A stretch of DNA of 63,248 bases, counting the filler, from an uncultured Methanosarcinales archaeon (lineage in GTDB: Archaea; Nanobdellota; Nanobdellia; Woesearchaeales; CAYZNE01), in NCBI GenBank assembly GCA_964405295.1. It is 22 parts of 22 records of this genome, joined end to end, with 100 filler letters (N's around TTAATTAATTAA, not from the genome) between each part and the next. Parts side by side here need not be neighbours in the genome. Positions count along the whole stretch, not along the records: positions 30,569 to 33,396 come from CAYONI010000086.1; positions 33,497 to 36,276 come from CAYONI010000088.1; positions 36,377 to 39,116 come from CAYONI010000089.1; positions 39,217 to 41,904 come from CAYONI010000090.1; 18 more parts are not named here. One strand, given 5' to 3'. The number at the start of each line of letters is the position of its first letter. Within the stretch, counting starts at the first letter, position 1. Both the position numbers and the translations under genes were made by a program. The notes below the pieces were generated by a model, which saw only the letters and a program-made list of their open reading frames with translations, had not been told where the DNA came from and searched no databases. Positions 31,959 to 39,288 of the stretch are shown piece after piece.

Positions 31959-32324
31959 TTTTTTCTTGAGGTCTTCAGCCAAATTTATATTAACTAGCTT
32001 TTTTGGTTTTTCTTCTAAGACATTCATTCCTTTTTTATTATATCTTGGAATAAGATGCCAATGAACATGTTTTGTTTCATCCATATACACCAAATAAACT
32101 TTTTTTATTTTTAATGCTTTAAGCATAGCGTCTCTTACAGCATCAACAACATCCATTAAATGTTCGTATTCTTTTCTCTTGAGCAAATGCAAATCTGTAA
32201 CTTTTTTCTTCCAGACAATAACTACATGTCCTCTTGTTATAGGATAATTTGCTAAAGTTGCGTAGAGATTTTTATCTTCAAAGAAAACTGCTCCCTTTTT
32301 TGGTTTTGGTAAATCCTTGTTCAT
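31929..32324 (-). CDS. HIT family hydrolase
   Basis: HVHWHLIPR histidine triad and PITRGHVVI. Confidence 0.9.
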   Translation of the reverse strand: MNKDLPKPKKGAVFFEDKNLYATLANYPITRGHVVIVWKKKVTDLHLLKRKEYEHLMDVVDAVRDAMLKALKIKKVYLVYMDETKHVHWHLIPRYNKKGMNVLEEKPKKLVNINLAEDLKKKLFAFKKLIN

Positions 32325-32608
32325 AGTTTAAACATAAATAGTTTATTATTTAAGTATTTCTTTTTTACATGTAATTAAAGTATCTAAAGTTCTCTCCTTC
32401 CCTTGATGTGTTTGTTAGATGTGGCTTCGCCCTTTAAAACGGCGTTCTCAAAAACTCTTCGAACGAAGTTTGACCACATTCTGTATGGTCAAAGAACATA
32501 ACAGGAATTTCCAAGTTAGTTTCAATAAGTGGGCGAGCTAAAAGTTAGTCAAATTAAAAATTTGAGAAATAATAAAAAAGAGGTTGGCGTTTATTGTTTC
32601 TTTGCTTT

Positions 32609-32926
32609 TCAAATTTCAAGTGCTTTTTCTAACTGTGTAATTGGGAATCCATGCTCTTTAGCCATTTTTCTTGCACTTGGTTCAGAACCTAAATAACCTT
32701 TACTAATTCTTTCCAAAAGAGAGTGTCCATAACTGGTTTGTATACCTTCTTTAAGTGCTTTTTCTAACTGTGTAATTGGGAATCCATGCTCTTTAGCCAT
32801 TTTTCTTGCACTTGGTTCAGAACCTAAATAACCTTTACTAATTCTTTCCAAAAGAGCTTGATAATTATCCCAGTCTGGAAATTGTTTTCTATATGCATCA
32901 TTAATTGTTCTACTTTGATTTATCAT
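32609..32926 (-). CDS. Hypothetical protein with an exact internal duplication
   Basis: LLERISKGYLGSEPSARKMAKEHGFPITQLEKAL occurs twice. TATA-like TTTAAATA lies upstream of ATG 32926. Confidence 0.6.
   Translation of the reverse strand: MINQSRTINDAYRKQFPDWDNYQALLERISKGYLGSEPSARKMAKEHGFPITQLEKALKEGIQTSYGHSLLERISKGYLGSEPSARKMAKEHGFPITQLEKALEI
32618..32856. repeat. Two identical 104-nt direct repeats (period 135 nt)
   Basis: 32618-32721 is identical to 32753-32856. Confidence 0.9.
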
Positions 32927-33175
32927 AGACAATATAATAAATAACTAGTATTTAAATCTTTCGATTAATTTACTACTATCAAGTTATTACTTTTCATAAA
33001 ACTACACCAACCTCTAAAATAAGCTCGCCCGCTTACTTTGGATTTTTCGGCTTCGCCGAACGTTGCACTAAAATTCAATTCTTCGGATAGTTTAACAGGA
33101 ATTCCTAAGTTATACGAAATTGAGAAAAAGCCTTTAAACCAAACATTTATAACTTCTACTATATAAAATAACAAT

Positions 33176-33396
33176 ATGAAAATATTTAGTGAGAAAATAT
33201 GGAAAAGACACACCAATCCTTTAAGTGGCTGGACTCGAGTAATGGCCTTCTTCTTAATTCCAATATCAGTTTGGTTCCAAAATTGGTATTTTCTAATAGG
33301 GCTTTTAATATTTTTTGCTATCAACCCTATACTTTTTCCCAAACCAAAAAATAAAAATAATTGGATGAGTAAATCTATTTTAGGTGAAGAATTATG
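33176..33396 (+). CDS. Small membrane protein, DUF6653-like (3' truncated)
   Basis: Pattern WKRHTNPLSGWTR...INPILFPKP...WMSKSILGE. Confidence 0.65.
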
Positions 33397-33603
33397 NNNN
33401 NNNNNNNNNNNNNNNNNNNNNNNNNNNNNNNNNNNNNNNNTTAATTAATTAANNNNNNNNNNNNNNNNNNNNNNNNNNNNNNNNNNNNNNNNNNNNGTGA
33501 ATGGGATCTTTCTAAACAAATGAAATTAGAAAATTTTAGATTTTATTGATTCGTAATTTAAACATTTTATTTGAAATATTATAGAAGATATTGAGGTTTC
33601 TTA

Positions 33604-35553
33604 ATGAAGAAAATTATAATTTTTGTATTTTGTTTTTCGGTTTTTAACTTATTAAATGCTCTCGGAACACTTCGGATAGAGTCTATTGAAATGTTGCCCG
33701 AAACCAGTATGAACATTGAAGTACGTGATGCAGATGGCAAATATGCGCCTGTCTTAATTGTGAAAACAAATTTAAAAGGTCTTGGCTTCCAAAATGTAAG
33801 CAGACCAACCTTACACTCCGCAGAATATATTGCTGGAGATCATCATTACAAATTTTACCTGAATGATAATCAACGAGTTGTAAAAATCACTCACTCAGAT
33901 TATGAGCCTTTAGAAATACGATTACTTGCTGATTTCGGAATCAATGTAAAAGCTCAACGTGTTTATGAAGTTGAACTGATTACCGATAAAGAAGAAATTC
34001 AAATTGCATCAATTGGCAAAGGAACTTTAACAATAACTACAGAACCCTCGAATGCTAACGTAAAAATTGAAGAATACCCAGATTTTGAAAAACAAACTCC
34101 TTGCGTTTTAGAAAATTATCCAGCAATAACATATCATTTTAATATCTCAAAATTTAGATACTCGCCTGTAGATACAGTTTTTTCAATTTTTGAAAAAGAG
34201 CATATATTTGAAGACGTTAAACTAAAACCATTGTGGGGTGATTTGACTATTACTTCTGAACCAACTGGCGCTGAAATTTATTTAAATGATAATTTCTTTG
34301 GATCAACTCCATTAAATCTTCATGGAGCGAAAGAAGGTCTATCATCAGGTGTATATAAATTGAGTGCAAAACCTAATTCAGCTCTTCATGATTATTATTT
34401 GGATACACTATATGTTGCAAATGGTAAGCTCATTAAAAAACATATTGATTTTATAGACATTTCAGGTGCCATTGAAATTAATTCAAACATTGATAATCTT
34501 AAAATTATGGTAAATGGCATTTATGATGAAATTTTATCAAATAAGGAAACAAAAAGATACCCCAAAGGTGAATATAATATTGAAATACAAAAAGATGGTG
34601 TTCACGCGACTTCATATATTCCGATAAAAAAAAATATCCAATTAAAAGAAGGTGAAATTATTGTTATTAGAGATTCACTATTTTCCAAAAAAGGAATATT
34701 AACAGTAACTTCCAATATCGAAAATACAAAGTTTGAGATTATTGATAAAGAAACTGATAGCATTGTTTATGTTGGCAATCAAGTTAATAATATTGAATTG
34801 CTAACTGGTAATTACAAAATAATTTCAAACGCTGAATTTCAAAAATTCATTGTTCTTGAAAAAGATATTCAAATTGAATATAATAAAAAAGAAATTATTA
34901 ATTTCGCTTTTTCTGAAAGACATAAAACTGAATTCATACGTAAAATCGAAAATGAAAATGAAATTGAGCGTCAAAAAAATCTAAACTTTGCTTACAATTT
35001 ATATGGTAATGATAATCCAGTTTATTTATATGAAAGTATGTTTAAATCTCCTAATACTGTGTTTAAACCAAAACCTATGCTATATCTTTTTAATGGTGGT
35101 TTTGGATTTCAAACACCAATATTAGCTAAACTCATCATATTTAATAGAAATAATTTATTGAATGATAACATATCATTTTATTATGGTTTCAGTTCTATAG
35201 GTAATATTCTCATATCTAATAAAATAATTCTAATTGATGCATGGTCGTTCCAAGCAGGTGCACTTATTAAAAGTGATGATCATAAAAATAGATTTTTTGT
35301 AGATATTGATTTTGGTGGGAAATGGGTATTTAATTTAAGCTATTTCCGTTCGTATAACTCTAGTGTGAAAGGAATTGACGATGATGGATGGGTACCCGCA
35401 GATTTATCATTTTGTTTTGAAAGACATACTATTTTGGATCAGTTTCTAGTTATTAAAATTGGCACAATTTTCTATGCTGGCAAAGAATTCAAAGAAAAGG
35501 ATATTATTAATTTAGGTTCAAATCCATACTTTGCTGTTGGCTATAGATTTTAA
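33604..35553 (+). CDS. Secreted PEGA-domain protein
   Basis: Signal peptide, repeats GTLTITTEPSNANVKI and GDLTITSEPTGAEIYLND...GSTPL, and a C-terminal VGYRF end. Confidence 0.8.
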   Translation: MKKIIIFVFCFSVFNLLNALGTLRIESIEMLPETSMNIEVRDADGKYAPVLIVKTNLKGLGFQNVSRPTLHSAEYIAGDHHYKFYLNDNQRVVKITHSDYEPLEIRLLADFGINVKAQRVYEVELITDKEEIQIASIGKGTLTITTEPSNANVKIEEYPDFEKQTPCVLENYPAITYHFNISKFRYSPVDTVFSIFEKEHIFEDVKLKPLWGDLTITSEPTGAEIYLNDNFFGSTPLNLHGAKEGLSSGVYKLSAKPNSALHDYYLDTLYVANGKLIKKHIDFIDISGAIEINSNIDNLKIMVNGIYDEILSNKETKRYPKGEYNIEIQKDGVHATSYIPIKKNIQLKEGEIIVIRDSLFSKKGILTVTSNIENTKFEIIDKETDSIVYVGNQVNNIELLTGNYKIISNAEFQKFIVLEKDIQIEYNKKEIINFAFSERHKTEFIRKIENENEIERQKNLNFAYNLYGNDNPVYLYESMFKSPNTVFKPKPMLYLFNGGFGFQTPILAKLIIFNRNNLLNDNISFYYGFSSIGNILISNKIILIDAWSFQAGALIKSDDHKNRFFVDIDFGGKWVFNLSYFRSYNSSVKGIDDDGWVPADLSFCFERHTILDQFLVIKIGTIFYAGKEFKEKDIINLGSNPYFAVGYRF

Positions 35554-35593
35554 AGAATCATATTATTATGATCATATAACAGGATAATGTAAC

Positions 35594-36276
35594 ATGAAAG
35601 AAAATCAAAAGCTATATCGTTTTATTCCCTTTCAAGAATTAGTTGATATTTGCGAAACTCCAGGCAAACTAATTCTTAAAAGCCCAAGTTTATGGGATGA
35701 TAATTATGAAGGTTATTTTTATCGTAAACTAATGCATGAAGAAAGTATGTCCGAGATGTTTGATAGATTTAATACATTAATTAAAGATAGTGATCTTGAT
35801 ATAGATGGTGACTTTAAAATAAACATTACTAATTTGAATCAGAAAACCATATTAGCAATGTTACGTTATAGTGCTCTTTATTACTTAATTTTTTGTATTA
35901 GTTGGAGTAAGAAAAAGGAATCGGATGCTTTGTGGCGGATTTACAATCACAATAATAAATCGATAAGAATTTCTACCAAAATTAATAATTTTAAAAAAAT
36001 AAAGTATTTAAATTTTAATGTAGTGGATTATAAAACTCATTTAGGTTTAAAAAAAGTATTGGATGAAATTTTAGTCAGGAATATAAATAATAATCATTTA
36101 ACTTTTAAACTTTTTATGCCATTTTGTTTAAAACGTAAAGAATTTCATCACGAAAATGAGATTAGAATGTTCTATTTCCATAAGTTACCAACAGTCCCAT
36201 TATTAAATCTTATCAGATCGGATGAACACAGTGCTGAAGATTTGAATTTTATCATTAAGGGAATCAAAACATGCTT
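35594..36276 (+). CDS. DUF2971-like protein (3' truncated)
   Basis: Motifs PSLWDDNYEG, CISWS..KESDALWRIY and KRKEFHHENEIR. Confidence 0.7.
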
Positions 36277-36376
36277 NNNNNNNNNNNNNNNNNNNNNNNN
36301 NNNNNNNNNNNNNNNNNNNNTTAATTAATTAANNNNNNNNNNNNNNNNNNNNNNNNNNNNNNNNNNNNNNNNNNNN

Positions 36377-38743
36377 AATGGATATAAGCCTATCCCTATT
36401 AAACCAAGAACGAAAATACCATTTATGAGCAAAGGGGAGTCCTGGCAGGTAGATATAGACAAGGCACAAGTAGAAGAATGGGCCGCAAACGGGAAAGGGG
36501 CAGGGAGTATAGCCCTGACCGGGCTGTGTGGTATTGATTGCGATGTCAAAAATAAAGTTGTGTCTAATAAGCTTGTAAAATATATCCGGGCGAATATAGG
36601 CAGAAAAGAAATGATCAGAATCGGGCTTCCCCCTAAATTCTTAGTCCCTGCCTCCCCATTATCTGCAATAAAAAAGAAACATAAAAACACATGGTACGAC
36701 AAATCAGGAGAGAAACACGAAATAGAGTTCCTCTCCCCAGGGGATCAATATTTTCTTGCCTTTGGTATCCACCCGGATACCGGCAAACCTTTCTCCTGGG
36801 TTAAAGATCATTCCCCTATTAATATTGCGATGGCCGATCTTACCACCTGGGACGAGCTGGACATATCCGGCCTTGAGGATGAATTTGACCGCCTGGCAAC
36901 GGAAGCAGACTGGACAAGAGAAAAAAAACAAAAGTCTAAAGGTGAGAATCCTCACCATAAGGCGCCCAAAAGGGTGGCTGATCCTTTCACCACCATGAAG
37001 GGGGCAGGGGACATGGCAGACAAGGCTGGTATAGCAGAGCTAAAGGCTTGGCTGTCCTTACTACCCAGTGCCTGGGTTAATGACCGCGACAACTGGATAA
37101 CCATCGGCGCTGCTGTCCACCATGAAACAGGTGGAGGGAATGAGGGCTGGCTGTTATTCGACCAATGGAGCCAGGGGAGCAATAAATATAAAGGTAGAAA
37201 AGACACCATGGATAGATGGGAGTCTTTTGATCAGGCCAGAGGGCTCAAAGACGGTGGAGGATGCAGCACCAGGGGGACTATCATTCATGTGTTAAAGGAA
37301 GCCGGGATCTGGAAGCAGGCAGAAAAAGAAGGAGAGGCGGCAAGGGAAACGGCATCAAACAGCCAAGAAAGAGAACAGTCCACAGGCAACGCCAGTGACC
37401 TTGTAGAGCAGATGAACCAACGCCATGCAGTTATAAAGATAGGAAGCAAGTGCCGGGTCATGGATGAAAGTAAAGCCATAGACGGTGGTATTGATCTTGG
37501 TTTCCTGAGTGTTCCTGATTTTAAAACAATGTACTCCAACAAATTTGCACCAGACCCAAAAGACCCCAAGAAACAGAAACGGCTTTCAGACATATGGTTG
37601 GTTGATCAGTGCAGACGAGAATATAACGGGATAGTTTTTGATCCATCGAGGCTGAATGTGGACGGGTATTACAATCTGTGGAAAGGGTTTTCCATAAAAC
37701 CAAAAAAAGGGGACTGGCGAAGGTTTGAGGATCATATCTATAATGTGATAGCAGACGGGAACGAGACAATAGGAAAATGGATAATTGCCTGGGTAGCAAG
37801 GATGGTACAAGACCCGGGAGGCAGACGACCAGGGACTTCAATTGTAATGAAGGGAGGTCAGGGAACCGGGAAAGGGGTTTTCGCAAACACTGTCGGGGAT
37901 TTCTTTGGACGGCATTATCTTCCCGTGTCCCACGCCTCCCAAGTGGCTGGGAGGTTTAATAGTCACCTGACAAACAAGCTCCTGGTTTTTATTGATGAAG
38001 GGTTCTGGGCAGGGGATAAGCAGGCGGAAGGAGTTTTAAAAAGTATTATTACAGAACTGTATATGGCTATTGAACAAAAAGGGATTGATATTATCAGGGT
38101 TGTGAACCACATTAATCTGATCATGGCCTCAAATAATGATTGGGTTGTTCCCGCAAACATGCAAGAAAGACGATTCTGTGTCCTGAATGTCAGCAGCAGA
38201 GAACAAGGACACCCTGAATATTTTGAAAAAGTTATGCGCCAGATGTATGAAGAAAACGGACTTCAGGCCATGCTTTATGACCTGCTCAAGATGGATATCT
38301 CTGACATAAAATTAGGAACGTTTGAGCAAACGAAAGGACTGTACGAACAAAAAATCCATTCCATGTCTACCGAAATGCAGTATTGGCATGAACGACTCCA
38401 AGAAGGAGAAATCTTATCCTTTATAGAAGATGAAAGTGAATTTTCTAATTATGTAGGGGAATCGGTTTTATGGGGTCAGGTCAACAGGAAAAAACAGCAC
38501 CTGGACTATCTAAGGTTTGCTGATCAGGTCAAAGAAAGATATCCATTATCTCCAACTCAGTTTGGATTGTTCGTCAAAAAAATATGTCCAGAAGTCAGAG
38601 TTTTTAAAAAAAGAATAGGCGAAAAATTAAAATGGTATAGAGAGTTCCCGGCAATAGAAGAGTGCAGGAAAGAGTTTGAAACTCAAATAAAATATCAAAT
38701 TGATTGGGAGTTGGAAGATGAAGAAGAAAACCTACCTTTTTAG
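36377..38743 (+). CDS. Phage/satellite primase-helicase: Prim-Pol + PriCT-2 + SF3-like helicase (5' truncated)
   Basis: N-terminal GYKPIPI and GIDCD. PriCT-2-like DRDNWITIGAAVHHE...FDQWS. Walker A GGQGTGKG, FIDE, MASN and ERRF. Confidence 0.85.
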   Translation, partial: NGYKPIPIKPRTKIPFMSKGESWQVDIDKAQVEEWAANGKGAGSIALTGLCGIDCDVKNKVVSNKLVKYIRANIGRKEMIRIGLPPKFLVPASPLSAIKKKHKNTWYDKSGEKHEIEFLSPGDQYFLAFGIHPDTGKPFSWVKDHSPINIAMADLTTWDELDISGLEDEFDRLATEADWTREKKQKSKGENPHHKAPKRVADPFTTMKGAGDMADKAGIAELKAWLSLLPSAWVNDRDNWITIGAAVHHETGGGNEGWLLFDQWSQGSNKYKGRKDTMDRWESFDQARGLKDGGGCSTRGTIIHVLKEAGIWKQAEKEGEAARETASNSQEREQSTGNASDLVEQMNQRHAVIKIGSKCRVMDESKAIDGGIDLGFLSVPDFKTMYSNKFAPDPKDPKKQKRLSDIWLVDQCRREYNGIVFDPSRLNVDGYYNLWKGFSIKPKKGDWRRFEDHIYNVIADGNETIGKWIIAWVARMVQDPGGRRPGTSIVMKGGQGTGKGVFANTVGDFFGRHYLPVSHASQVAGRFNSHLTNKLLVFIDEGFWAGDKQAEGVLKSIITELYMAIEQKGIDIIRVVNHINLIMASNNDWVVPANMQERRFCVLNVSSREQGHPEYFEKVMRQMYEENGLQAMLYDLLKMDISDIKLGTFEQTKGLYEQKIHSMSTEMQYWHERLQEGEILSFIEDESEFSNYVGESVLWGQVNRKKQHLDYLRFADQVKERYPLSPTQFGLFVKKICPEVRVFKKRIGEKLKWYREFPAIEECRKEFETQIKYQIDWELEDEEENLPF

Positions 38744-38754
38744 AAATTTTAGTT

Positions 38755-39030
38755 TGTACCCACTTAAGGGAGGTACACAGTTTAAAGGAGGTACAAATAA
38801 CCTATTGAAATATAAGGAAAAACCTTCTGTACCTTCTTTACCCCCCTTTTTGACTAATATTGCTATACTTTTTTTTCTTATAAAAACTACAGGAATTATC
38901 AGGATATATAATAGTATACTAATATATATATATACTAGGAACAGTAGGTACAGTAGGAACAACCCTTTGTTCATCACCCTCTTGGGTGTTCCCCCCTTGT
39001 TCCCCCTTTGGGCCAGGTGGGTACACAGCA
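38755..39030. repeat. Cluster of short GGTACA/GGAACA repeats in both orientations around an AT-rich core (putative origin)
   Basis: GGAGGTACA twice (38769, 38787), AGG(A/T)ACA three times at 9-nt period (38937-38961), TGTTCCCCC twice (38987-39008), and an AT-rich tract near 38865-38936. Confidence 0.6.
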
Positions 39031-39288
39031 GAAAACACCACAACCCACAAAAAAACAGGGCCCCCCTCCTTGGGTTGAGCCATGGCAACCTTGAAAGATT
39101 TCCTCCCTGAAAATATNNNNNNNNNNNNNNNNNNNNNNNNNNNNNNNNNNNNNNNNNNNNTTAATTAATTAANNNNNNNNNNNNNNNNNNNNNNNNNNNN
39201 NNNNNNNNNNNNNNNNTTTAGCTGATTAGGGTTAAGCCGTCGCTCGTATCGTGCGGATACGGCCGGTGTTCCCCCTGTTGGCACTTCG

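Larger units (their letters stand above)
30569..33396. mobile_element. Putative array of single-gene cassette-like units (probably archaeal)
   Basis: Repeated junction TAAC-AG-N8/9-AA-GTTA at 31160-31180, 32499-32518 and 33093-33112, with half-sites at 30569 and 31727-31736. Unit-specific inverted repeats flank the genes. Confidence 0.7.

Noticed and set aside
32618..32856. 104-nt repeat pair as a DGR template/variable repeat
   Set aside because: The copies are identical with no adenine-specific differences, and no reverse transcriptase is present.
38700..39110. ORFs 38700-39110 (+) and 38732-39088 (-)
   Set aside because: Low-complexity translations of a repeat- and AT-rich region that is better explained as non-coding origin DNA.
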